DNA of 64,000 nt from Wickerhamiella versatilis (lineage: Eukaryota): the NCBI GenBank assembly GCA_030867685.1, contig JAQOWU010000003.1, positions 744,001 through 808,000 of the forward strand, given 5' to 3'. The notes beneath the pieces are model-generated. The model saw only the letters and a list, made by a program, of their open reading frames with translations. It ran no database searches and had not been told where the DNA came from. Position numbers and translations under genes: made by a program. Of this stretch, positions 31,718-42,085 are shown one piece after another. The number at the start of each line of letters is the position of its first letter. The first letter of the stretch is position 1.

Positions 31718-31781
31718 GAAACTTTCGCAGCTGAGCTAAGCAGTAAGTCTCGCGGGGACACTGCACTCACCAGACAGACGT

Positions 31782-32039
31782 ATGGCTATCGAAAGAGATC
31801 CTTCCAAGGTCGACTTTACAAAGGATGGGAATATCAAACTGTACCCAGATGACCCTACATCTGAGGATAGTTTGCGAACTTTGCGAACGAAAGACGCCTC
31901 ACAATTTTTCGATCCATGTGCCGAAGCTGCAAAAATGAGTATGAACTGCCTCGAGCGCAACAATTACGAGAAAAAGCAATGCAAGCCTTATTTCGAGGCC
32001 TATCGTGACTGTACACGCGCATGGAAACAAAAACGTTGA
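31782..32039 (+). CDS. COX23: Twin Cx9C cytochrome oxidase assembly factor
   Basis: YPDDP...SQFFDPC-x9-C...C-x9-C. Confidence 0.9.
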   Translation: MAIERDPSKVDFTKDGNIKLYPDDPTSEDSLRTLRTKDASQFFDPCAEAAKMSMNCLERNNYEKKQCKPYFEAYRDCTRAWKQKR

Positions 32040-32332
32040 GGAGTTGCTTGAGACAATAGCAGTCCAGGCCCTAGACCAAGGCCTCGGCTCGAAGGAGGTA
32101 TAGGGAAGTCATTGTCATTCATAGTGATTTGAATAGATGACTCTCGATCAGCAGAAGCATTGAAAAGGTGGCGCACAAAGTCTGCATCATGACGAGCGCG
32201 CAATGATTGTTCATTAAAACGGCGTATTGCCGGCAGCGCTCGTTCTGTCTGTATTCTTGTTATTTCTGCAAGGTCTCGGTTAATATCTCGTAGAACCTGG
32301 ATGATTTCATTATCCAGCTGCCATTCCTCCAT
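32000..32332 (-). CDS. ASK1: DASH/Dam1 complex subunit Ask1 (minimal)
   Basis: LDNEIIQVLRDIN...LPAIRRF...FVRHLFNASA resembles the Ask1 domain (LDQEITL.LQ.ID...FW..FFE.SA). Confidence 0.7.
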   Translation of the reverse strand: MEEWQLDNEIIQVLRDINRDLAEITRIQTERALPAIRRFNEQSLRARHDADFVRHLFNASADRESSIQITMNDNDFPIPPSSRGLGLGPGLLLSQATPQRFCFHARVQSR

Positions 32333-32477
32333 GGTTGATACCTCGACAAAACCTAGCCCACCGCCAAGTATATATATATGGGTAAGAAACGCGCATGTGT
32401 TAAAGATAAATGCCTAAATCGACGAAGAGACTTTTAAAATACGTATTCCCTAATATCACTAGAATTGCCATTGATAC

Positions 32478-34274
32478 TCACAGCTTGGGTGTTACCTCGG
32501 TAGCGAGAAGTTTCGCCAGAAGCTCAGCACTTTCTTCCAGGTAAACACGAAGATGTCCTGAGCCACGCTTCTTAGAGCAGATGTTTACTTGGAATGAGTT
32601 TGTATCTATCATGTAACCCAAACCAAATCCATCGTCATTGACTTCAGAAAAACCCCATCCATTAAAGTATGGGGAGGACAGTTGAGAAGTGGAAAGATAC
32701 CAGCTACCAGAATAGGAGAAGGTAGGGTCAGAGAATATAGCCGGTAGGGGCTCACTTTCCTGAAGCATCTTCTTTAATCCGAATAGGTGCCGGTCCACAC
32801 CCAACCCATCTGCAGCAGCCGCAATGTATGAACCTTGAGACTTAACTGCAGCGCGGAACTTTGCAATTTTATCCTTTGAAGAGATATTAGGGTCCCAGAA
32901 TGATTTAACGAAATCCAGGGATTCCACTGAGAGGCATCGACCTGTTTCAGTTCTTCCTTGCGCAAACTTACGGGTGGAGGCACTTTCGTAGACTGGCCGG
33001 AGTTTCCCATTCATACGATAATACGCTAGTTGGAAGAGCATTTGCAAGTATGCATCCGGTGAGGTTTTAAAGCTCTTGATTGCATCTTTACCATAGGCGG
33101 TATGAACCCAGACCACCACCTCATGCTTCTCGATTTCTGCATTAAATGCAGCTTGTGCATTCTCAATATTTGAAAAGATCTTCTGGTTAAAAGTGAAAGG
33201 AAGCTCTTCCACAGGAGGTACATATTCCTTGGCAGTCTCCATGTCAATCTTTCTTTCGGAAGTCTGTTGGCAAACATACTCACCGAGCCTGAGAGTCAAC
33301 GTTCCATCCATCTGGCTATGCTCATTGATTTGACCAGCTGCTCCATTGTCACATACAACAAACTGAACCGGTTTATCAAACCACCGGTTCTGGCCGAACC
33401 CATGCCAATATTGGGCAGTGCGCTCCTCCGGGGATTGCGGCGCGGCACCAAAATCGAGACTGATAACAAATGCTGCAGACTCTATATCTGTTATGATCCT
33501 TTGATTTCCAGCTGCCAAAAGCTCCGCAAAGTACTCCACGAATAAATCACGGTTAGATGTCGTTTGCACTCCGACATTGGGTGCAGTACCCTTGAGGTCG
33601 GCATCCTCTATAATGGCGTCTAGGTGAGACTCAATTTCAGGTGCATTGAGAGTGCGACCAGATGGGGAGATATATGGCACCTTGTAAAAGCGGTTACGTC
33701 TAATCACAAGAAAGTGCTCGTTGCCCTCTGGGGGATACTGTGCACAGCCATCAACCCCAGGTAGTGGCTTGCGGCATGTATGGAAAAGATACTTGAAAAG
33801 TTCCATGTCTATAGGCTGTTTGCGCATGACGTCAGGCGTCAGAGTCTCGCTATATAAAGCATCCTTGAACTGTAGTGCGGCAACAGCGATTGCAGCACCG
33901 CGCTTAGAAGCAGTACGGAGCTCCGAGTCATTTTTGAATGAATAGAAATATGAAACATATGGCACAATGGGATCGCGATACCCCAGATAGGATGCCTCAT
34001 TCCAAAATTCGTACAGCCAGTTTTTCTTGGTTTTATCATATGAGACAAGTCTTCGTTGGAGCTCTTCTCCAACTGCCCCCGGCTTCACAAATTCATTAAC
34101 AGCCGCTTCAGTTTTTGCATAAGTTTCGGGCCGGACGAGTGGTTTCACCGACAGGAGATACTTCTCAGCTGTGGCCTTGAGAGAAGGTACGGGAAGCTTA
34201 GGGAGCTGCGATTGAAACTTGTAGGTCACCTTATCAGCCTGGTTTGACATTTGTCGATATCCAATCCGACGCAT
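32478..34274 (-). CDS. CAT2: Carnitine O-acetyltransferase, mitochondrial/peroxisomal
   Basis: LPKLPVPSL, NRWFDK, catalytic EHS.MDG, YESASTR, GVDRHL; C-terminal PKL; in-frame ATGs at 34274 and 34250. Confidence 0.93.
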   Translation of the reverse strand: MRRIGYRQMSNQADKVTYKFQSQLPKLPVPSLKATAEKYLLSVKPLVRPETYAKTEAAVNEFVKPGAVGEELQRRLVSYDKTKKNWLYEFWNEASYLGYRDPIVPYVSYFYSFKNDSELRTASKRGAAIAVAALQFKDALYSETLTPDVMRKQPIDMELFKYLFHTCRKPLPGVDGCAQYPPEGNEHFLVIRRNRFYKVPYISPSGRTLNAPEIESHLDAIIEDADLKGTAPNVGVQTTSNRDLFVEYFAELLAAGNQRIITDIESAAFVISLDFGAAPQSPEERTAQYWHGFGQNRWFDKPVQFVVCDNGAAGQINEHSQMDGTLTLRLGEYVCQQTSERKIDMETAKEYVPPVEELPFTFNQKIFSNIENAQAAFNAEIEKHEVVVWVHTAYGKDAIKSFKTSPDAYLQMLFQLAYYRMNGKLRPVYESASTRKFAQGRTETGRCLSVESLDFVKSFWDPNISSKDKIAKFRAAVKSQGSYIAAAADGLGVDRHLFGLKKMLQESEPLPAIFSDPTFSYSGSWYLSTSQLSSPYFNGWGFSEVNDDGFGLGYMIDTNSFQVNICSKKRGSGHLRVYLEESAELLAKLLATEVTPKL

Positions 34275-35054
34275 ACAAGTAGCAAATAACAGTGGTGTTG
34301 GTTGGCTTACAGGCGAGATTAACTTGACTCGACCCCGCTTTCTCACATAATCCGGCCGAAGGGCAGATGCATTTAAGTTGCATACCCACGGACTGAAGCA
34401 GAGGGTTTGCTAAGTTAACCCACTATTTGAGCTCGGATTAACTCGGAATAAATATTTAATTCACTTACTTGGCTTTTCCTCAAATTGGAGCTATAATCAA
34501 AGATGCATTGGGAAGGGAACACATTGCAGAAAGGACCTGTTCGCCACGATTTCAATACTTGCAAAAAACCCCTAGTACTTAGCATAGTAGCTCATCAATG
34601 ATACGGCGGAGATAATTGCTTCTGCCTGCTAGAATCTAGAAATTATCCTTCCAATCAAATAAATATGGCCGTATCCAAATCTCGGTGGTTGACATCATAG
34701 GCTTACTCACCTATCACTTAAGAGGCCAGCTTTGGCTCTATTCTGATTCAGCGGTTCTACAGAGGACATTCGGGGCGTAGCCCGTCTAGAAATTCTATTT
34801 CATCCCGCATTCGGCAGGCGTACAGGCACCTCTGATGTTATGAGATGGCACAAATACACTGACAAAGACACATTAACAGACAGATGTCATAATTCACGTT
34901 AAAGCATTGCTACAATACAAAGAAGGTTAGAGACATATCATACAATTCTATTTCATACCCTTGTTCCTGTATCTTGCAGGATCGAACCCCATGCCACAAA
35001 CTACATATTCCCTTAGATTCACCTCTGACTAATAAACACTGAAAAATAGGTCAA

Positions 35055-36842
35055 ATGTCGGTACAAACCTGGCTTGAGCGGAACCGCTTTGCGGTTGCTG
35101 CTACGGTTGCTCTAGGTATAGCTGCAGGCTCGGCATACTACTTTTTGAGTGTGCCACCAACCCCACCAGGATCTGGCAAGGCTGGCACGCCTGACGCTAG
35201 TAAGAAGCGGAAATCCAAGAAGAAGAAGGGTTCGAAGAAGACCCCAAGCCATACATCTCACGGCTTTGCTATGAAGCAGGATGCAACTGATAGCCCATTC
35301 TATCCTGTTATCAATGACTGGGCCAAGGTGCGACGACTTAAAGAAGCCGATCGAAAAGAACTTGGCGAGCAATTCAAAGCTGCAGGAAACTGGGCGTTCA
35401 ACAACAAGAAGCTGGAAAAGGCTTTGAACTTATACTCCGATGCTATTAACTGTTGTGACACAGAGGCTGTATATTATTCTAACAGGGCTGCGGTGTCCGG
35501 CTCGTTGCAGAACTGGGACGGCGTGGTGGAAGATGCCACCAAGGCTTTGAAGTTGCGTCCGGACTATGTGAAATGCTATAGTAGACGTGGAGTTGCTTAT
35601 GAAAAGCTAGAGGACTATAATGAGGCTGTTATGGATTTCACTGCGGCTTGCATTTTGTCGAATTTCGAAGATGAGGCATTGGGTAAGAGCGTGGACCGCG
35701 TTCTTCGTCTGCAGGCTGAAAAAATTGTAAGCGAAAACAAGCCTGATTCAAGTGAGTCGGAGCAGTTCCCCAGTCCTAGCTTTATCAGCGCTTATCTCCA
35801 GTCATTCCACAAGCGTGAGCTTCCTAAAGAGATAGTTGAAGCGACAGCTGGTGGATCGGGTGGTGAGTACGACATGAAGCTTGCCTTCGATGCTTTGTCC
35901 AAGGAAAATCTGGAGAGCTATCGCCAAGCGTTTGAGGGCTTCCGTACCGCCATCGCAAATGGCCTCTCAACTAAAGAGATTGAAGCCTTGGCTTATGAGT
36001 GGACTGCCACATTCAGATTCCTCATAAATGATATGGCAGGTGCCCTGGAGGACATCAACCGCAGTATCGAGCTCCATCCCACTCCCCAGGCTCTCATCAA
36101 GCGTTCGTCACTCAACGTTGAAATGGATAAGCTGGTGGAAGCCCAGGCGGATTTCAAGCGGGCCGAGGAGATAGACCCACAGTGTCCGGATTTCCATTAC
36201 CAAAGTGCCCAACTTGCATTCCTCCAGCAGAACTGGGAGGAGGCTTTGAAGCACTACGAGCAGAGTATTAAACTTGATGAAGACTTTATTCTTGCTCAGA
36301 TCCAGCTTGCAGTAACCCTATATCGCATGGGATCCACTGAAATCGCCAAGCGGAAATTCTCCAAGTTGATTGAGAAGCACCCAGAAAACTCAAGCGCGCA
36401 TAACTATTATGGTGAGATCCTTCTAGATCTTAAGGATGTGGATGGCGCGTTCAAGATGTTCGACAAGGCCATCGAACTTGAGAAAGCGAGAGCCCCAGCG
36501 GCAATGAATGTTCTGCCTCTTATAAACAAGGCTCTTTCGCTGGTATCGGCTGGAACTGGCCCAGAAGATGTTTCTAAGGCTGTTGACTTATGCCGTAAGG
36601 CCGTGGCAATTGATCCGGCGTCAGATGTAGCAGTTGGTACACTTGCACAGTTTTGCTTGCAGCAGGGCGTTCCCGAAGAGGCCATTAAACTTTTCGAACG
36701 CAATGCGGAGCTTGCCAGAACACCAACTGAAAAAATACAGGCTATCACATTCGCTCTGGCTGCGAAGACTCAGCTGCGTATCGCGAAGGAGCGTCCCATC
36801 CTGCGTGAACGTCTTGAGCTTCTTTCGCGGATCCGGAATTAG
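35055..36842 (+). CDS. TOM70: Mitochondrial import receptor Tom70
   Basis: N-terminal signal anchor, Lys cluster, TPR clamp (K..GN..F, YYSNRAA) and further TPRs. Confidence 0.93.
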   Translation: MSVQTWLERNRFAVAATVALGIAAGSAYYFLSVPPTPPGSGKAGTPDASKKRKSKKKKGSKKTPSHTSHGFAMKQDATDSPFYPVINDWAKVRRLKEADRKELGEQFKAAGNWAFNNKKLEKALNLYSDAINCCDTEAVYYSNRAAVSGSLQNWDGVVEDATKALKLRPDYVKCYSRRGVAYEKLEDYNEAVMDFTAACILSNFEDEALGKSVDRVLRLQAEKIVSENKPDSSESEQFPSPSFISAYLQSFHKRELPKEIVEATAGGSGGEYDMKLAFDALSKENLESYRQAFEGFRTAIANGLSTKEIEALAYEWTATFRFLINDMAGALEDINRSIELHPTPQALIKRSSLNVEMDKLVEAQADFKRAEEIDPQCPDFHYQSAQLAFLQQNWEEALKHYEQSIKLDEDFILAQIQLAVTLYRMGSTEIAKRKFSKLIEKHPENSSAHNYYGEILLDLKDVDGAFKMFDKAIELEKARAPAAMNVLPLINKALSLVSAGTGPEDVSKAVDLCRKAVAIDPASDVAVGTLAQFCLQQGVPEEAIKLFERNAELARTPTEKIQAITFALAAKTQLRIAKERPILRERLELLSRIRN

Positions 36843-37022
36843 TGTTCATGCCGCATTAAAAGTACATAGTATTTACAATTATATTTTTGATGCTTTACAA
36901 TTATCACACATTAGAAGAAGGCAAAAACGAATGATATATACTAATTTTTTGTTTTGTCAAACAGCAGCTATCTTGTATTGTCCACCACTTCCCAATTAGA
37001 CGTGAAAAGGTTCGCCAATTTG

Positions 37023-37028
37023 ACGCGT
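37023..37028. promoter_or_regulatory. Possible MCB (MluI) cell-cycle element
   Basis: ACGCGT 37 bp upstream of the IRC5-like ATG; single copy only. Confidence 0.3.
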
Positions 37029-37065
37029 TCTACCCTTACCCATAACATTTAGCTCGGGTTCGACA

Positions 37066-38970
37066 ATGGATGGCACACTGCGAGAAAGCACTCCACCGAC
37101 GTCCCCGCCGCTGGAAAATCATGCATCAGATGCCGAGGATATCGAGTCAGAGAAAAGGCTTCAAAGGATTAAATATTTGGTAGACCAAAGCAAATTGTAC
37201 GCTGATTTCCTAAAATCCAATTTGCAGCCGAGCGAGAAGCCCAAAAAAGAGAAAGGTCTAGGGAGTCTGGTGGGAGATAATAATTTGGATTTTCCCAAGC
37301 CAAAGGCTATTAATGCGGATTTGTTGCCATATCAACTACAAGGTGTGCAATGGATTGCCAACCTATACAAGAATGGCCTTAACGGCATTCTTGCTGATGA
37401 AATGGGTCTTGGAAAAACGCTTCAGGTAATATCTTTTTTGGCTTACCTACTTGAGAATGGCATAAATGGACCTTTTCTGATCGTTGGACCATTATCTACG
37501 TTAGGAGGTTGGCGCGACCAATTTGCTCGCTTCGCTCCCTCGATTAAGGTACTCGTCTATTACGGCTCACGAGACGCCAGGAAAAAACTACAGGATCAGC
37601 TGCCGCCCAAGAATACTGTGGTGGTTACCAGCTTTGAAATGATATTAAGAAGCTTTTCGACCCTGGGAAAAATTCCATGGCAATATTTGATTGTTGACGA
37701 AGGACATCGCTTGAAAAATGTGAATTCAAAGCTTCTGCGTCAGCTCAAGAAATATCATTCATCAAATCGCTTGCTGCTCACAGGTACACCCTTACAAAAT
37801 AATCTCGCTGAGTTATGGGCTTTACTTAACTTTTTGCTTCCTGATGTGTTTACCGACTTGGAGATCTTTCAGCAGTGGTTTGAGAATGGTAACAACGTTG
37901 ACCCTGAGAATGAAGAATCCCTCGTCACCTCGCTGCATGATATTTTGCGCCCCTTCCTTTTGCGCCGCGTTAAATCAGAGGTCGGCCTGCATCTTCCGTC
38001 AAAGCGGGAATATGTTATTTTTTCGGCTTTGAGTTCTTGCCAAAGGGATCTCTACAGATCAATCCTTGATGGACGCGCTAGGGAATTTGTTATTGAACAG
38101 ATTTTGCATCTACGTCCTGCAAAACGCCGCAAATCCTCGGAGTCTGAGGCACAGACTGAGCTTCAGGTTAAACAAGCAAAACAGGAGCTTCGGCTTAAAA
38201 GTTTTGCCAATCTGGTAATGCAATTACGCCTGGCCTGTGATTCACCATTCATATTTTGGGATCCATATATACACAAACCTCTGGATTCGGACATAGAGAG
38301 TACAAGCGGTAAGCTGCAGATTTTGGGGACCTTGACCAAGAAGCTGAAGGGGCATAAAATTCTAATATTTACCCAATTCACCAAAATGCTTGATGTGCTG
38401 GAGGATTGGGCAGGGTGGCACGGTTATAATTACAGACGATTGGATGGTACGACATCTCATGAGGATCGGGAAGAATTGCTTGATTCTTTTACTGAAGACT
38501 CAGATATCGATCTATTTCTCCTATCGACACGCTCCGGCGGGCAAGGCGTAAACCTGATGGCAGCTGATACTGTTGTGATTTTCGATTCTGACTGGAATCC
38601 GCAGCAAGATCTACAAGCAATGGATCGAGTGCATCGAATTGGGCAAAACAAGCCAGTCTTGGTGTTCCGGCTTATAACGGGTGATACCATAGAACAGGAC
38701 CTTTTGGAACGTGCTGATTCTAAACTAGAACTCAACAATTTGGTTATCGAAAAAGGACATTTCAACCATCAACAAACACAGGAGGAGCAGTTGAAGAATA
38801 TGGGAAAGCAACTTACGCGTCATGAGCATAAGTTCACTATGAGGGAAGGTGTACAAATAAATGAGGACACCTGGCGACGCCTACTCGACCGCAGCCCAGA
38901 CTCTTACAAACATGCAATGGAACAACCTAGACTGAGTGATTTGGTATTCTGCCGATCTGCTGAAATATAA
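37066..38970 (+). CDS. IRC5: Lsh/HELLS-type SNF2 chromatin remodeller
   Basis: GILADEMGLGKT, DEGH, TGTPLQNN, DSDWNPQQDLQAMDRVHRIGQ; N-terminal YLVDQSKLY; no SANT or chromo domains. Confidence 0.85.
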   Translation: MDGTLRESTPPTSPPLENHASDAEDIESEKRLQRIKYLVDQSKLYADFLKSNLQPSEKPKKEKGLGSLVGDNNLDFPKPKAINADLLPYQLQGVQWIANLYKNGLNGILADEMGLGKTLQVISFLAYLLENGINGPFLIVGPLSTLGGWRDQFARFAPSIKVLVYYGSRDARKKLQDQLPPKNTVVVTSFEMILRSFSTLGKIPWQYLIVDEGHRLKNVNSKLLRQLKKYHSSNRLLLTGTPLQNNLAELWALLNFLLPDVFTDLEIFQQWFENGNNVDPENEESLVTSLHDILRPFLLRRVKSEVGLHLPSKREYVIFSALSSCQRDLYRSILDGRAREFVIEQILHLRPAKRRKSSESEAQTELQVKQAKQELRLKSFANLVMQLRLACDSPFIFWDPYIHKPLDSDIESTSGKLQILGTLTKKLKGHKILIFTQFTKMLDVLEDWAGWHGYNYRRLDGTTSHEDREELLDSFTEDSDIDLFLLSTRSGGQGVNLMAADTVVIFDSDWNPQQDLQAMDRVHRIGQNKPVLVFRLITGDTIEQDLLERADSKLELNNLVIEKGHFNHQQTQEEQLKNMGKQLTRHEHKFTMREGVQINEDTWRRLLDRSPDSYKHAMEQPRLSDLVFCRSAEI

Positions 38971-39171
38971 TTTCAAATGGAATCTCCTGCTTCATTAGCA
39001 TTAGAAGCCTTCTGGTTTTTGAGACATTGAACGGACATGGTATAAATATGTATATATTTGAGAGCAACTTGACCTATATATTACTTTTTTATTAAATCAC
39101 TGAGCGTATGCTCCATGTAGCGCTCCAAGTTAGAGGTGAAATGCAATCTTAACATCAATGCTTGTGTAAGC

Positions 39172-41940
39172 ATGGCATATGTGGATCCGCTGTCACCGTT
39201 AGTGCAAGTGGCAGGACTTGGAGGAGACGATGAGTTACCTGCAACAAACATTCCACTGAAAAGATTAGAGTTTGACGTGGCTATTGATGATAAGCTTGCA
39301 ACAAGCATACGAAAAGATATCGAAAAGCGAAATCATCGACCAGGTCCATGGGAACCATCGAAGGCCATTCCTGGGTTACACTGGTTTGTATCCCGAAACC
39401 TTTCAGTATATCAAAAGGAGAAACCATCCCCGATCGCTCCTTCTGGCTCAGAGATCATAGGTAAAGAATGGATCCCAAAATACGTTTGGTACTGTCCCAG
39501 TGCAGTAGTAGTGTTCGCAAATATATCTGAAAATGCAGCTGAGCTGTTCGAAAAGTATCGTGATACTGTTGAAAGTATTGGCGCAGCATTCGCCATGGTA
39601 TTCGTGGTAGATGCCGGACAAGAAAGCATCGTTAGTGAATTAAAGCAGCGAAAGGGTATAGCAAGAACATCTCTCTTTACTATAGCAAAAAGCTCCAGCC
39701 CAACAGCTATTTCGAGTTTTGTTCAGTCGTTAGAGAAAGCCGTTTTGGGCTTAACACGTGATTGCTATGTAGCCAAAGCACGCCAAGTAAGAGCCAAGAG
39801 GAATGATGGTACCCCTAACGTTATAGCGGAAGCTGCTTCAACGTTCAAGTTAGCGTGCTTTGCTGAGCTTGCGTCTGACCCAGGTGTGCTGAAACTTCTA
39901 GACTCAGCCTATGATAGTATCCAACTGCTGTTTGATAATGACCTGGTGGTCCCGACAGATTTACAGGGATGGGAATCAGCCAGGACAATGTTGGATATAT
40001 GCGCCTTGAAGATACTTCAGCATACATTAGTTGTGAATGAGAAAGAAACAAGATACAAATTCGATGCTCATCTGATCGCTGTACACCGTATTCAGCAGAA
40101 ACATCACCTTTCTATGAACTTGGCATGGCAGGCAGCTCAATTCTGGTCTTATGCGGAGCTTTGTCGTGCTGCAGCAATTCCTTCCGGGCTGCTTTACCTG
40201 GAGTCAGCATCTCTATGGATGTCATCCCAGTCAAAACAAGTGACTACTACTGATAGTCCTAAAATGGATCCTTTTTCTTCACAAGCTGATTATACCGAAC
40301 AGGCATTCTTCAGTGCTATATCTCAACTTTCTGGACATGCGAACTCGAAGGCCAGGGCCCTCGCACTTTATGGCGACTGGCTGGCTCCCAACGACTCGAA
40401 GTCAGCTTGTGAGGCGTATAAGGGTGCACTGCACTCACTTGAACCACCTTGGCCCCTGTTGGAGAGACACTTTGCTAGAAAACTTAGTGAACTTGCGGAA
40501 GATACGGACCAGCTTGCTGCAAAGCTAATGCTCTTTCGACTAGGGGAAGGAGATCTACCCCAAGATGGCAAAGCTCCTGAAGTAAATATGTATCACGCTT
40601 TGGGGACATGGGAACAGGCCACCACATACTTGGGGAGAGTTACTAAATTCCAACTTCAATTGCGCGGTCCTCAATTGATGTTAGATAGTGTTTCGTTGCG
40701 GACAACGGCTGGATATTATACAGTGGAGAAATTTAATGCTCCTGGCATCGTTGAATTTTCAGTACCTATGCGAGAAGTAGGCCCACTGGCTGTTGTCGAA
40801 GCCATTATCGAGCATCAACGCTTTTCCCAAAAACTCGTTCCAATTCCAACAGGAATATGGGCATCGAACCCTCCGCGCCATCCGAGAATAGCAAACCCGC
40901 TGGTAACTGAAGTAGGAACTAGACCCCCTGCTCTACAGATATCACCTCAACTTCCTGATGTTATAGCACCCCACGAAAAGTTTCGAGCTAAAATGTCACT
41001 GGAAAACGGTGAAGACTGCACTATTCGTGTAAAAATGAAGTTACTACAGGATGACAGTTTGGTTAATGAACAGGTCGTGGAGATTGAAGCACATAATTCA
41101 TTACTTGTAGCAGCGGACATTGATGCTTTGGCAAAACCTTTTGTCCTTAAAGCTTTGGCTGAATACGAAGTGGATGCGCTCCCGGTAGAGGCACAGTGTT
41201 CTTGCAAAGTGGAGCTTTCGAAACCATTCCGGGTAACATTTGATTTGCTCCCGGAGTTGGATAAAACTAGATGGCCTTCACCATTTATCGCATCAGATGT
41301 CAACGTCGGAATTCCTCGCCGCTGGCGGCTAGGAGCTTCAATATTATCTTTGTCGAACACCCATTTACAAAGGGCAAGAGTCGTACTTGATTCTAAAAGC
41401 AAAATTGACAAAGAAACAGAGTGGGAGACTATACATCAAGACCTAAAACACAACGAAATGGTAAATTCTTATCACATATTTAACACATACAGTACATCAC
41501 GAACCGTCGATGCTACTGCAGTCCTTGAGATAGAATGGTGCCGTTCCGGGACAACCGACCTGGTAAATAAAATGGAGGTGCCAAGTGTCCAGATCTCACT
41601 ACCTACCCAAGAACCGAGAGTCCTAGCAATCCTGACGGAAGATGGGATTGACTACTGGATCGAAAATGGTACAACTCATACTCTGAACTTTGCAATATCA
41701 ATGGCCTCAAGCTCAGCTTTCGCTTTCCAAGGCTACAAGGCTGCCACAATTCGACTTTTGCCTGTCTCAAGGCAATGCTTCAGCTACAAACTCGTCCGAT
41801 TGACCGAAAATCAGGCACATGTAAGGGGAAAGCGTCCATTACCTGAATTTCGTGCTTTCGACACCCAGTATAAACGAGCTTTAGCTGTTTTACCGGGGGA
41901 AAGAGATATAATATTAGACCAGGGAACCTTGTTGGTATAA
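39172..41940 (+). CDS. TRAPPC11 (foie gras/gryzun)-like trafficking subunit
   Basis: PLVQVAGL start, IIGKEWIPKY...PSAVV, Y...ARQVRAKR, FKLACFAE, C-terminal Ig-like region with FAFQG. Start codon uncertain. Confidence 0.65.
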   Translation: MAYVDPLSPLVQVAGLGGDDELPATNIPLKRLEFDVAIDDKLATSIRKDIEKRNHRPGPWEPSKAIPGLHWFVSRNLSVYQKEKPSPIAPSGSEIIGKEWIPKYVWYCPSAVVVFANISENAAELFEKYRDTVESIGAAFAMVFVVDAGQESIVSELKQRKGIARTSLFTIAKSSSPTAISSFVQSLEKAVLGLTRDCYVAKARQVRAKRNDGTPNVIAEAASTFKLACFAELASDPGVLKLLDSAYDSIQLLFDNDLVVPTDLQGWESARTMLDICALKILQHTLVVNEKETRYKFDAHLIAVHRIQQKHHLSMNLAWQAAQFWSYAELCRAAAIPSGLLYLESASLWMSSQSKQVTTTDSPKMDPFSSQADYTEQAFFSAISQLSGHANSKARALALYGDWLAPNDSKSACEAYKGALHSLEPPWPLLERHFARKLSELAEDTDQLAAKLMLFRLGEGDLPQDGKAPEVNMYHALGTWEQATTYLGRVTKFQLQLRGPQLMLDSVSLRTTAGYYTVEKFNAPGIVEFSVPMREVGPLAVVEAIIEHQRFSQKLVPIPTGIWASNPPRHPRIANPLVTEVGTRPPALQISPQLPDVIAPHEKFRAKMSLENGEDCTIRVKMKLLQDDSLVNEQVVEIEAHNSLLVAADIDALAKPFVLKALAEYEVDALPVEAQCSCKVELSKPFRVTFDLLPELDKTRWPSPFIASDVNVGIPRRWRLGASILSLSNTHLQRARVVLDSKSKIDKETEWETIHQDLKHNEMVNSYHIFNTYSTSRTVDATAVLEIEWCRSGTTDLVNKMEVPSVQISLPTQEPRVLAILTEDGIDYWIENGTTHTLNFAISMASSSAFAFQGYKAATIRLLPVSRQCFSYKLVRLTENQAHVRGKRPLPEFRAFDTQYKRALAVLPGERDIILDQGTLLV

Positions 41941-42085
41941 ATTATGGAAATAGCCTAAATTACGCAGTATCCCGCGTATCCACGTAAAATACTTGTATTG
42001 CTAAAATATTTGTCATTTACATGGTAGGTTGTGATTATATAACTCAGACTTGGGTTTACCCACACCGCTCAGCAACAAGCTAAGA

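Noticed and set aside
31743-31777. Possible tiny 5' UTR intron before COX23 (GTAAGT...CAG)
   Set aside because: About 31-35 nt with a poor branch site (ACTCAC); unsupported without RNA data.
34692-34710. RNase MRP/P CR-V-like ACA...GGCTTACTC
   Set aside because: No complementary CR-I/P4 strand (GAAAGUCC-like) was found upstream.
34910-34992. Minus-strand mini-ORF with an intron-like GTATGA...CTAAC...TAG
   Set aside because: Splicing would give only a 14-aa peptide with no recognisable homology.
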